64,000 nt of DNA from Tubiluchus corallicola (Eukaryota; Animalia; Priapulida), in assembly GCA_030141605.1 (NCBI GenBank), contig JAQGDQ010001000.1, positions 1-64,000 of the forward strand. The letters run 5' to 3'. Position 1 is the first letter of the stretch, and each line of letters begins with the position of its first letter. Position numbers and translations under genes: made by a program. Below, piece after piece: positions 1-12,430 of the stretch. The notes under the pieces are model-generated. The model was not told the DNA's origin and did not search any database. It was given only the letters and a program-made list of their open reading frames with translations.

Positions 1-204
1 GGTAGGTACGTAGGTAGGTGTAGGTAGGTAGGTAGGTAGGTAGGTAGGTAGGTAGGTAGGTAGGTAGGTGGTGTAGGTAGGTAGGTAAGTAGGTAGGTAG
101 ATAGATAGATAGGTAGGTAGGTAGGTAGGTAGGTAGGTAGGTAGGTAGGTAGGTAGGTAGGTAGGTAGGTAGGTGGGTAGGTAGATGGATAGACGAACGA
201 GCAA

Positions 205-279
<75 letters not shown>

Positions 280-1820
280 GGCAGACAGACAGACAGACAA
301 ACAGATTATGTAAATAAAAAAACAAAAAGAGAATGTAATACAAAATTGTAGGAGTTAATAATTAATATCACCTTCGCCTCCCCTCCCCCCATCAAAAGAA
401 AAAGCATCTTAAACGGGTCCTGCTAAGGCAAATTTTTACGTGCAGTACGAATAATCATTTATTTGAGAAAATTAAAATTTTCTACAACCATTTTTGTTTT
501 GTACGGTTTTTAATTGTTAATTTCTTCATTTTTCTTTACATTTGAAGAAAAATCCAAGCAGTATTTATATCCTCTATGATCACTTGCTGTTCGTGTGAAA
601 AGTAAACTGATGAATCGTCTCTTGCTTTAGTGTTCGCGATACGCTAACACGCCACAAACTGTGTTAGCAAGCGCAACGTATATATATGTTTTCAGACTTA
701 CTTCATGTTGTAGAAGGATTGTCGAATTAGTTTACAGAAGGTATTTTTGCGACTGTATTGTTCTAATTATGAACGAGCAGTCTAAAACGTATAAATGTTA
801 CGAGTTTTTGTTTTTAAAATTTTATGAAACCATTGTAGATTTATTGCTATAATTTTGCTACAACAATTTTCCATTTCGAGTTTAATGGCTACGTTTACAT
901 GACTTTAAAGTTTTCAAACTTTAAAGTTCGTATTAAAAATTAGATGGGTCGGTTCAGATGCAACTGTAAAAGAAAGTTAAAAAAAATTAGCAGTTAAAAA
1001 CGCAGAAAACAAAAAATGTTGTAGAAAATTTCAATTTTCTCAAATAAATGGTTACTGCATGTATAAAAATTTGCCTCCAGCATGACCAGTTTAACACGCT
1101 TTTTGTTCTGATGGGGGAAGTTATATTAATTATTAACTCCTTCAATTTTGTATTACATTCTCTTTTTCTTCCTCGGTTTACATTCTCTGTTTGACTGCTT
1201 ATCTGTCGCTTTACCTGCCTGCCTGTTTGTCTATTTGTTCGTTCGTCTATCCATCTACCTACCCACCTACCTACCTGCCTCCGTCCCTTCCTCCCTACCT
1301 ATTTACTTACCTACCTACCTACCTGCCTACCTACCTACCTACCTACCTACCTGCACCTACCTATGTACCTACCTACCTACCTGCCTACCTACCTACCTAC
1401 CTACCTGCACCTACCTATGTACCTACCTACCTACCTGCCTGCCTACCTGCCTACCACCTACCTACCTACCTACCTACCTACCATCCTACCTACCTACACG
1501 TACCTGCCTGCCTGCTTACCTACCTGCCTACCTACCTTCTTGTCTGCCTGTTTGTCTATTTGTTCGTTTGTCTATCCATCTACCTAGCTACCTACCCACC
1601 TACCTACCTGTCCGTCTGCCCACCTACTTAACTACTTACCTGCCTACCACCTACCTATGTACCTACCTACCTGCCTGCGTACCTACCTACCTGCCTGCCT
1701 GCCTACCTGCCTGCATACTTACTTAATTACCTACCTTCCTACATACCTACCTATCTATTTACCTGCCTACCTGCCTACCTACATAGCTACCTACCTACCT
1801 ATATACCTAATTACCTACCT
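1..1820. repeat. Large imperfect inverted repeat with (GGTA)n/(GACA)n versus (TACC)n microsatellite outer arms
   Basis: About 180-546 is the reverse complement of about 958-1270 (gtagatggatagacgaacgagcaaatagac vs gtctatttgttcgttcgtctatccatctac; gagaatgtaatacaaaattg vs caattttgtattacattctc). Spacer about 547-957. The left arm runs off the window. Confidence 0.85.
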
Positions 1821-3049
1821 ATGTATTTTTTAATATTCTTCATGTTCTTGCTCTCCTTTTCTGCAAATTCTAATCATTTGAAAAGTAATTTAACTTGCTG
1901 AAAACAAAAGTATTGCGTAAGTAGAAAATCTGAGGTCTGTATCTAAGTATGAGAGTTCAACTCAGGCTTGCTGTAGAAGTTTAGATATCAATAACAAAAT
2001 CAAAACAGGTCCTATAGAAACTTTAAAGCCATCTTCTGTCATCTAATATTGATGATCAACCTCTTCACTGACTTGGTGATTGACATGATGATTGAGTATC
2101 GACTTTTAAGTTGGATGATCAAAGTTGAAAGTATGTAAGCTACGTTTTGTCTAAGTGTTATTAAAATCCTCTTTCCAAAGTAACGATTTAATGGCATTTC
2201 GCCTATCTATTTGGACACTTTTGTTGCACTAGAGACTGTTTCACGCTGTATTTCACACGGTAAAGAAATCTAGTTTAGTAATTTATAGTTTATATTATAT
2301 ATCTATTATTCTAACTTCGAAATTAAAATTTAATTTTATATCTTAAAAAAATCAGCGTTATTTGTTTTTATCGAGTTTGCGTACCGTAGATGGCGCCACA
2401 AACATGCTTTGCTTGCCGCAATCACAAAGATTAAGATATAAGCTATAAGATATAAGACGTATTTATTTCACACAAATTAGCCACTAATGAAACTATTTTT
2501 GATAGAAGAAAATGTGTGAAGGCAGTAAGAGTCCTAAAAACACTGCTACTGTATATTGTTCATTTACAGAATTTAGTTTTGGTGGCTTAGATCAACGTAA
2601 AACAGGTCATCATTAGAAAAATAATATTAGTAGATTTTTAGTAGGCCAATTATGAAATTCAAACGCAAGTTAATTGATATGAATAATTTTTGGAATAAGA
2701 TGGGCAGGTAAAATTATGTCTCGAGATCAGAAAACTCAATCACAAAGCTGTCACGTGATCTATTGTATAAGAAAGAACTAATCTTCAATTGATTACTGCT
2801 CGAAATAAATGGCTCGGTTGAAAACAAGAAGATTCTGTTTAATTTTGGGTGTTAATGAGAATGAGATGTAAGTAATAGTTATTTGTATTATATCAAATAG
2901 TACTAAAAATGATAATGCGTTAGTGTTAAAAATTATGATAATTAGATCAAAGTTATGAATTACTGATTCTTTACCCGTGTAGATATCCCTTTATATCAAA
3001 ATAATTAAAATATGTATATAAATACATATTTCAATTATTTTGATGTATG

Positions 3050-3080
<31 letters not shown>

Positions 3081-3082
<2 letters not shown>

Positions 3083-3602
3083 CTGCCCACCTTAGCCGAT
3101 GTTTCGTAATCATAGCTTCTATACCACTAGTATAGAAGCTATGATTACGAAACATCGGCTAAGGTGGGCAGGTCATGTAGCACGTATGGACGAAAACAGA
3201 CTTCCCCGAAGGATCCTCTTCAGTGAGCTGAGCACTGGAAAACGCCCCCTGGGCCGCCCTAGGCGCCGCTACAAGGACCAACTAAAAGAAACCCTGCAAT
3301 CAGCAAGGATCGATCCAGAAACCTGGGAGCAGACAGCGCGGCAGCGAACAAAGTGGAGAAGAGTCATCCAGGAAGGGACTGAGCATTTTGAAACAACCAG
3401 ACGAGCAGCAATTGAAGCCAAACGTCAACGAAGGAAAGAGAAGGCCCGTCAACCTCAGGTAACTCCCACCATCCAATGTGACAAATGCACCAGAATGTTT
3501 CGAGCAAGGATCGGGCTGTTAAGCCACCAACGTGCCCACCACAGCTAGTAACTTCGACCGAAAGGACAATACTCGGAAACGAGTGAAAGCCGACGACGAC
3601 GA
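3081..3602 (+). mobile_element. 5'-truncated RTE-clade non-LTR retrotransposon (intact ORF 3' end) inserted in a (TA)n tract
   Basis: ORF 3099-3548 has RLRWAGHVARM, GKRPLGRPRRRYKD and a terminal C2H2-like CDKC...LLSHQRAH. Short 3' UTR ends in (GAC)n. (TA)n on both sides. Confidence 0.9.
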
Positions 3603-3620
3603 TATATATATATACATATG

Positions 3621-3658
<38 letters not shown>

Positions 3659-4209
3659 ATCTTTATTTGCCATAAAAATCAATATTCATAATTATAAAAG
3701 CATAAAAGAACATCGCAGCATCAGAATAAAAATTCACACAACTGTTAAAGGCAAATGCGTCCAGTGCAAACTAAAAAGTACTGTGCCAAAAATTTAAAAC
3801 AAAATATACATTATAATGTTACACGCAAATTATAATAGACTATATACAATATATTCATAATACATAATAGACTATATACAAATGATTAGTGATTATATCA
3901 AAGCTCTGATTGCGCGTGTTAAATCAACTAAGCGGCCAGAGTCATTTGTGTTCAGAGCATGTATGTGGCGCCATCTGTAAGCGTTTGATTAAATTAAATG
4001 TTATTTAAATGCACATGGCCGATCAGATATATGATAATGACGCGTATTATTCTTTATCATTTCTGTGGCAAATATGCAACGTATCAAAATAGCGATATTA
4101 ATTTTATTTGTTGCTCCACGTGTGTTTGAACTCAAACGAACTAAGCTAACCTGATATTTGAAATGTGTGTGCGAAAATTGAAGTACTAGCCATACTATTT
4201 TCATCTTTG

Positions 4210-4282
4210 GCACGACTCATTCGGGAATTGAACCCACGACCTTTTCGGTGGGAAGCGAACACGCTATCGTCAAGCTACACTA
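4210..4282 (-). mobile_element. tRNA-derived SINE head (related to 21720-21800)
   Basis: Reverse strand reads gtgtagcttgacgatagcgtgttcgcttccc...ggtcgtgggttcaattcccgaatgagtcgtg, with A-box- and B-box-like motifs but no intact acceptor stem. Confidence 0.6.
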
Positions 4283-4436
4283 GTCAGCGAACTAGTATGT
4301 AATAGTATTTTGCTTTGCTTATTGTCAAATTTCCGCGAAGAATTTGCATAATATATTAAAATTATAAATTCGTTAGAGAAACAGCTCAGCGAAAGAAACA
4401 AACAAACAACAAACATTTACCAGTATCCAAACAATT

Positions 4437-4442
4437 TTTATT
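4437..4442 (-). promoter_or_regulatory. Candidate distal polyadenylation signal (AATAAA) with downstream GU-rich element
   Basis: Plus-strand tttatt at 4437-4442. Minus-strand UGUUUGUUGUUUGUUUGUUU follows at about 4396-4415. Confidence 0.4.
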
Positions 4443-5704
4443 TACAATCGTAATCACAGATTAAACTCTTTATATACAACAAACGCGCATCATTTACAAA
4501 GTTAATGTACAAAAAAACTTACAATTCAAAATGATTTTGATTTTAGTCGAATACAAACAACGAAATAGGTGATACACAAAAATAAACTTTTCCAATATTT
4601 ACAGCTTTGTTCGTTTTCTAGAGAAAATACGTTAATAACGTCTATAATACAAAAAGGTAAACTGGGGGGGGGAAGACAACTAAACAACTAATAACAAAAA
4701 CTTTCCAAAAATATTATCCTTAAAGGTAAACTAATCTGTGTTAATTGAATAATATCCTTGTAGGCGGCGACACTGTCGCTCTATACGGCGTTAATGACAG
4801 ATATATTGCATAACGTGGTAACGCTTGTTGTTAATAAAGAAGAAGTAACACAAACCGAAGAATTTTAAATTCATTTTTAAGTGCAAGCCAAAACCATAAT
4901 TCAATTCGAGTCGTTTATTTGCACTGGTGTACATTGCGGTATATAAACACCCCGAGGTCTGTTATCTTGGACAAAATGACAGAGTGGCCATTCTTTACAT
5001 TCTAAAGAGACGTATCGTCTCTCATCTGTCATGGAGCAAATTTCTGGCTGTCATCACGGCAGACATTCTCTGTTATTATCGTCTCCAAGCTCTGGCAAGG
5101 ACGAGAGACAGAGAAGAGAGAGACGAATATTGTTTTCCGTCTAAAATACTGGTATAAAGTCAATAATGTACGGTCTGATAGAAGCGAAGAAGTGAATTTA
5201 AATTGCAAACAGTCTGACGGGCAAAACACACAAGTTAGAAATTTCTCAGATGCTCGAAAATGGTCGGCGATTTTTGAAGTTTTCAAAATGGTTTTTGGAA
5301 GTTAAATATTAGCGGTCTGATGGAGCGTGTGTAATAAAGGCACGAGAGGCGCTTAATCAGTTAAAGAAGCAAAGATTAGAGAAATGAATAATTACGCGCA
5401 TTTCTACTGGCCTAATTAACACTAAAACTAAACTAATCGGAGTTTCTTACTTTTGGTGATATAGAAGTATTTTTACTACATAATAACACGTCTTTTCTAT
5501 ACCCCAAGATAGTTTTTACATGTAATGACAGAGGACATTGGGACGGGAGGTTGGGCGAATCCCTATTGTAGAAGTTTAGCAAGCTGTGCGTACGTAAATA
5601 TAGACACAATGGAGCTGTGGACAAGCGGTTATCTCAAGTTGTCTCTCTTTGTTGAAGAAACGTGGCAGTTTAAAATGAACAGGCACCTCTTCTAAAGAAG
5701 GAAC

Positions 5705-5868
5705 AGAGAGAGAGAGAGAGGGGGCAGGAGGGAGAGCGAGAGAAGGGGAAGGAGGGAGAGAGAAAGTGAGAGAGAAGCAGACAGACAGACAGACAGAGAA
5801 AAAGAGAGACTGAGAGAAGAGATGGGTAGGAGAAGGAAGATAAAGACAGGCGGAGAAAAGGGGAAGGG

Positions 5869-5964
<96 letters not shown>

Positions 5965-6050
5965 TAGAGAGAAAGTGATCGTGAGAGAAGAGAGGGGGAG
6001 GAGGAAAAATGGAAAAGAAGGTGGAGAAAGAGAGAGGGGGTGATGGAAAG
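5705..6050. repeat. (GA)n purine-rich microsatellite
   Basis: Pure (GA)n core about 5871-5953 with degenerate flanks. Confidence 0.95.
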
Positions 6051-6734
6051 GAAAGAAATGAAGAAAGTAAGAAATTGGGAAAAAAATTGTCAGTAGCGAA
6101 AAAACCCCACAGAACGACGATACGGAACAAATTAAGTACAACAAACGAAAGTAGATTTTTCAAAATTGAAATGTGCTAAGATTGCATAAACCGAATGCTA
6201 ACCTAATGGCTAATTAACTGAAGGAAAAAGTGCTGAAAAATCGTAAGTCGACAAGGATTCGAACTCAGGACTGTCATTTGATGTACTCGTAATATGGCAA
6301 CAAAATAATAGCGTCGATAACATTAAGCACAGAAAAAACCAACTACAGTACCACAGAAAACACTATGCGTTACAGTTTTAATTGGACTCCTAGCATCCAC
6401 TCCTCTTATCTACAGTGCAAACGATACGTTACAATGGAGGCCTCAATTGGCCATTATTCCTATAGAATTAAGTGTGTTTATTAGGAGGAGATCAGTGCAT
6501 CTGGTATAGACGTTTGCTAGCAGGATGAGTTTTCTGTGAAAACAAAACAGAAGAGAAGACGCAAACACAGGTGCAAGCGAACTCCCTAAACTTCCCTGAC
6601 AGCACGTTCTGTCGCATACCAGCAACTAGAACAGTCTACACTGCACGTCTGGAGGGGGTGGGGAAGGACAGGGGGAGGGAGACATTCACAGGTGTCTGCG
6701 TCCATTCTGACAGCATGTTCTGACAAGAGAGATT

Positions 6735-7010
6735 TTTGTCGCGAGACTTCTCTCTGATAGTAAAGTCTCAAGTGTGAACTACTTTACGAGTTACTGTCGG
6801 CAAGTTATTACAACTCTACAACAGTTGCTGCGAGTTGAGTTACTGTCTAGTGTGAACGCCTCGGTGAGTTACTCTCGACACTTCTCGCAGTAAATAAAGA
6901 AGTGAGTGTCAGTAAAGTAACTCACAGCAAGTTTTGTTCTCGGTCTGTCCACGCTTGCGAGTTACTTGACGAGTTAACTTAGCGAGAAAACTCGCTAGTT
7001 TGAACGCACC
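6735..7010 (-). mobile_element. PIF/Harbinger-like MITE, diverged copy of 57925-58263
   Basis: Reverse complement of the 57925 element (gagttactgtctagtgtgaacgcctcggtgagttact); ends ctagtttgaacgcacc. Confidence 0.7.
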
Positions 7011-7644
7011 ATCAGGGACGCGTTTTATTCAGTTGCATAACAATGAGAAACTTGTTCGAACAATTACAGCAAACTCTCTGTGTCAACAAAAGTCGCCACT
7101 GGATGGCGCTAATAAAACTTCACACCCCTCCACACAGTGAAAACTTCAGCCAGACCGAAGTGATCCATTTTTCTGCTAAGGACAAGTCTTTTGTGCTTAA
7201 TGGGCCTCATTGAAACAGACGCATACTGACAACATGAAATTTATGGCTTTATAAACGCCCAGATATCAAGGTAAACACTTGTCAACGTTTAGGATTTAGA
7301 CACGGGCCACAACGTAGCTCACCTGAGCAACAGATTGCTTTAATGACTTACAACCAAATAAGGAAATCTAGGCACACAACACCTGTAGTAAACTCTTGCT
7401 ATTTAATACATGAAAGAGTCGATCTCTAGGAATGAGCAAGTTGGTTACTGAGTGCATAAAATCATTTCAGCAAAAAATGTCATTATCAATAGTAAAATTA
7501 CGTCGAAAGAAAGTGACACTGCAATTACTAAAGCGCGAAAAATCTTTACAAAACCGGTCCCTGTGGATTATGGATTTTAGTGTTACCTTGAAAGAATTGT
7601 AGGTTTCCCATGTTGTGGTTCCAAATTTTTTTGATTGTGAATTT

Positions 7645-8080
7645 TTTGATTTTTAGACTACCTGATGATATTCCAGCGAGAATAGCTCTTCAACAAGCCA
7701 TAGAATAAGCTAAAAAAACCTGCAGAAGGACAAATGTTAACATATTTAGATTTTGCACAGAAAGATTGAAACACTTCAGCATTGATCCTTAGAAATAAAT
7801 GCACTTGGGGCATTGCAGCGAGCAGGGAGTCCTGGCATAGGGAGGTGAGCAAAATCATGTCACTGGACGTGTGATTCATTGGATGATGATGATGAATGTG
7901 GAGGCGCAATTGTGTAGAAGTCTTCTTAGGAAAGTTTTAAAGACTATACATAATCAAAAATGAAGATTTATACACCAGAAAAAAAGAAATTTGTTGGAGT
8001 TCAAAAGCCAAGATCTGAAGATTAAGATGGCTAGGACATATTCTAAGATTACCAAATGAAGCATTAGTAATGCTCTGATA
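7645..8080 (+). mobile_element. Two degenerate RTE LINE fragments
   Basis: RLPDDIPARIAL...AASRESWHREV..* followed by a (GAT)n tail at about 7883-7894, then RLRWLGHILRLPNE at about 8019-8060. Internal stops. Confidence 0.7.
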
Positions 8081-9602
8081 AATGTTGACATTTTCACTAG
8101 AGTTTTTGGTGGTGTTTTGAAGAAAGTGGGTGGAATACTCTGATAAATGTTGATACCTCAATGCTTACAATAGGTGGAATGAAATTTTGAAAGAATAGTG
8201 TAAATCTTGCTTTTTATATTTTTAACACTGATTACAGAGGTTTCATCTCTCGTTATGTAAACTTTGCTTGTCAGACAAATTGTTTGCTGCAGTTATGATC
8301 TTTGCCTGAACATCTCACACAGAAGATGCAAATTTTTCATATTTTTTACAAGATTCTGTTGGGTACTTTTACTTGTATACTGGTAGTTTTCATTTTGTAA
8401 AAACATTTTGTGCCTCGGTAACTGCAGTGTCTTAAGTGTACTGACTATTTTTGGCTTAATTTTCAGCACTGATAACCGACATTTTTTGTCAAAACGATCG
8501 TCTGCACTTGACAAATAGAATATTGCTATTGAAGGTGATAAAAATGATAACAGTAGCTATTCTAGAATGGGCAATATTTACAAAATTAGTCGTAGTTAAC
8601 AACTATTACAACAGATCAACAGCTTATCTACGGTACAGCAATAGTTAAAAGGTCAAACAAAAGTACGAATTATGAAACTTCTGGTCAAATTGTATATGAC
8701 ATAACGATAAAATGGTTTACCTACGGAGGCATTGTGTGAAAAGACAATTTCAAATAAAAAATCAGAAGCGGAAACCAGTACACTAGGCATGTAACAGTTG
8801 CTGACATTCTGAAAAAAAGGCGAATTTATTTATTATGCAAATAAAATTTAGAACATTTTTACAGATCGCTGTGAAATAAGGTTATAAGCGTTAGACCCAG
8901 AAGACAAATTATGCAAAGTCGAATGATAATTTGTCCGGGCTAGATGACAGAAAGGTGCCAAAATACAGGCGCCACTACACGTGACAAAATACGAGGGAAA
9001 CATGTCTAAGGGAAAACCTTCTCACTAAATTATAAACGATGCAGTGTTACAGCGTAAAGCTAATGACAAAGAAGAGAATGCAAAATGGGACAGCGATCCG
9101 GGAAAAGAGAGAAAATTTCAGAATTGCAAGACGCCATGACAAATTGCACACGGGGTCCCTAGCCTAATGCGACACATTTATATATCCTCTAATTTTGAAA
9201 AATTCCCCAATTTGACGTCGCTCAATCCACACGATTAGAGTTTCATCATCAACATTAAGACAATCGTGGCAACTTGATGCCTCTTATTGCACGAACTTCT
9301 TCATTTTAATTTTGATAAACAATGACTTCTCGAACATCTTGGATGCAATCACCTCACAAACGTGCTCACCATACAGATACGCCTTTCACTGCAATTTCAC
9401 ATGCACGTGCCTTTGTAAGAAAGCTATTGGACATTCACACCAAAAAGTTGGTCAGAACGTCAAGCCAGTAAGACCAATTGGTCTCTTTAGGCACAATCAG
9501 GCTTCGGCAGTTTCTATTATCACAGCAATATGGATTTGACATTGTTCATAATCCATTGTTCATTGTTCATATAAGAAGACAACAACTGATGTCAAAACAA
9601 GT

Positions 9603-9913
9603 TCAATCGAGGCTACACTCGTTCCATTGTTCTTCGATCGCCTGCTGCCGAACTCGCTGCCACTCCTTGAAACGCGGAGCACATTTCATGACGGGGATAC
9701 CAAGCCGCCTCTCCCCCATGAACATCAGTTCGCCCTTTCCCTGTCGAACACCGCAGTGCAGGGAAACAGAGATGGCACCACTGTGCGTGCGTGAATGGTG
9801 GCGCTTTTCGAAGAGCGGCGCCGACTGGTGGAAGATTTTGGAAGCTGTTATGTCCAGCCATGTCTCACGTAGGTGTTCGTCATTTCGAACTGCCGCAATA
9901 GTTCCTCTAACGG
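9603..9913 (-). CDS. METRNL: Meteorin-like protein, last coding exon (NTR-like C-terminal domain) ending at TGA
   Basis: (A)VRGTIAAV...SKIFHQSAPLF...LHCGVRQGKGELMFMGERRLG..MKCAPRFKEWQRV...NECSLD* matches the meteorin C-terminus (AVRGSI, CGVRPG.G.FLF.G, CAPRFKDF, NPC). Acceptor TTTTTATTGTTTCAG|CC, phase 1. Confidence 0.93.
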
Positions 9914-10309
9914 CTGAAACAATAAAAATAATGTGAGTGAAATGTTTGCACATAACGAATTCTTATAAATTCAAATTATTTGTCAGTTAATTACATTTAT
10001 TCATTAATGAATTTTAATGACTTTACCGCCTAAAACAGTTATAATCACATAACTGACAGTAACAAATCTGAGACACCCAGCCCAGGAATTGACCCCAGGG
10101 CATTTTAATTCTTAGCCGCATCTACTAATCATCACCCTGCTGGACAGACCATGTCCCTCGAATCTATTAAAAACCAATTCTGCTAGTTCCGTGTAGGTCT
10201 TGCAATGATTATGAAAAGACCAGGGGTTATTCACACAAATCTTTGAATGTGAATAGGTTTATTAGTAATACAAGTATGCAATGTGCCAATGACAGCTAAA
10301 CGTAAGCAC

Positions 10310-12430
10310 TAAATTTGGGAGATTTGATACGTAGAATGATGGCAGTCGCAATTAGAAAGTTGTAGGTTCAACTAGAAGATCAGGAATTTGCGGATGATAT
10401 AGCACTGATGTCACCGCAGTTTGAAAAGACTCAAGACTCAAGGAGGGAGCGGAAAGAGTTGGACTTTGTTTAAATTGCAGAAAATGTAAAACGATGGGAT
10501 TGAATGCAGGCGTACCGCAAAGGTGAAAGTGGGAGGGTAAGAGATAGCTGACGTAGAAGAGTTTGTGTGTCTAGGAGAGGTGATGTCAAGAACAGGTAGA
10601 GGAACACAGGAGATGAATAGGCTAAGTAAAGCAAGAGCATTCAGGAGACTCGCAAGATCTGGAGAGCAAGAAGTACGTGGGGGGACATCAAATAAATAAA
10701 TAAATCTTTTATTTACATTATGTTTACATAACGTAAATCCCTCTAATTGCAGGGTAATCTGGCAAAAATTAAATAACAACAGTATAAAACAAAGTCAAAA
10801 CGTATCACATCTGAAGTGTGCGATAAGGTTAGTAAATTGTGGGTGAAGTTTCACATAAAAAAGTGCATTAGGAAAATCATTGATAAGATGGTAGTATATG
10901 TAAAATTAGCAATGAACATGAGGGGGCATAAAGATCAAAATAAAACTATTCAAACATTTCAAAGCACTGGTGAAGTTCGGTGTTAATGTATAGAAACGAG
11001 GTAAGGAAGATGACGAAGACAGAGGGGAGGAAACTCACCACATTTCAGTTGAAGTGCGTGAGAAGAATATGAAGGATTAGATGGCAGAAGTGGGTGACTA
11101 ATTTGGAGGTGGTAAACAAGGCACAAATAAATGCAGTGAGTGATGCACTTCGGATGAGATGGAACAAGGTTTGATATGTCCTACGGAGGGAAGATGAGAA
11201 TGACCGTGAGACAGCGATGGAATGGACACAGTATGGATGAAGGGCGAGGGGAGTCTGAGAACACCATGGAGCAGCGATGGAATGGACACCGGATGGATGA
11301 AGGGCGAGGGGAGTCTGAGAACAACATGGAGCAACGATGGAGTGGACATTGGATTGATGAAGGGTAAGGCGAGTCTGAAAACAACATGGAGCAGCGATGG
11401 AGTGGACACTGGATTGATGAAGGGTGAGGGGAGTCTAAGAACAACATGGAGCAGCGATGGAAGGAACCAGATTGATGAAGGGTGAGGCGAGTCTGAGAAC
11501 AACATGGAGCAGCGATGGAGTGGACACCAGATTCATGAAGCGTGAGGCGAGTCTGAGAACAACATGGAGCAGAGATGGAGTGGGCACTGGATTGATGAAG
11601 GGTGAGGCGAGTCTGAGAACAACATGGAGCAGCGATGGAGTGGACACCGGATTGATGAAAGGTGAGGGGAGTCTGAGAACAACATGGAGCAGCGATGGAG
11701 TGGACACCAGATTGATGAAGCATGAGGCGAGTCTGAGAACAACATGGAGCAGAGATGGAGTGGGCACTGGATTGATGAAGGGTGAGGCGAGTCTGAGAAC
11801 AACATGGAGCAGCGATGGAAGGACACCAGATTGATGAAGGGTGAGGTGAGTCTGAGAACAACATGGAGCAGCGATGGAGTGGACACCAGATTCATTGATG
11901 AAGGGTGAAGGGAGTCTGAGAACAACATGGAGCAGCGATGGAGTGGACACCAGATTGATGAAGCATGAGGCGAGTCTGAGAACAACATGGAGCAGAGATG
12001 GAGTGGGCACTGGATTGATGAAGGGTGAAGCGAGTCTGAGAACAACATGGAGCAGCGATGGAAGGACACCAGATTGATGAAGGGTGAGGCGAGTCTGAGA
12101 ACAACATGGAGCAGCGATGGAGTGGACACCAGATTCATTGATGAAGGGTGAAGGGAGTCTGAGAACAACATGGAGCAGCGATGGAGTGGACACCGGATTG
12201 ATGAAGGGTGAGGGGAGTCTGAGAACAACATGGAGCAGCGATGGAGTGGACACCGGATTGATGAAGGGTGAGGGGAGTCTGAGAACTACACGGAGAAGGA
12301 AAGCGGAAGCAGAGAAGATGAAGCTAGACGGAAGAGATGCAGCAATGAACAGGACAGGGGTGGCAAAGGACAGAAGGGTTTGGAGGAGCGTCGCACCGCC
12401 TTATGCGCCTCCTGCCGTGGAGAAAACTAC
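10310..12430 (+). mobile_element. Degenerate RTE LINE (RT to C-terminus) interrupted by an insertion and an internal minisatellite
   Basis: EFADDIALMS (RT catalytic motif) at about 10385; DVEEFVCLG at about 10549; FQLKCVRRI*RIRWQ at about 11043; AKDRRVWR...ALCAS at about 12363-12412. Frameshifted. Unrelated segment about 10690-10915 begins with an (AAAT)n tail. Confidence 0.8.
11211..12292 (+). repeat. About 60-bp minisatellite, 18 units, with a 4-unit higher-order repeat
   Basis: Consensus gcagcgatggagtggacaccagattgatgaagggtgaggcgagtctgagaacaacatgga; units of 58-64 bp. Confidence 0.95.

Noticed and set aside
1148-1726. PTYL-repeat ORFs
   Set aside because: Translations of the (CTAC)n microsatellite.
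9914-9953. N-terminal extensions of the ORF-track calls 9603-9953 and 55153-55638
   Set aside because: These parts are intronic polypyrimidine tracts beyond the AG acceptors.
11211-12292. CRISPR-like regular array, or repeat-protein ORFs (227-272 aa)
   Set aside because: No unique spacers and no cas genes. The whole unit repeats and derives from an RTE LINE; the ORFs are by-products.
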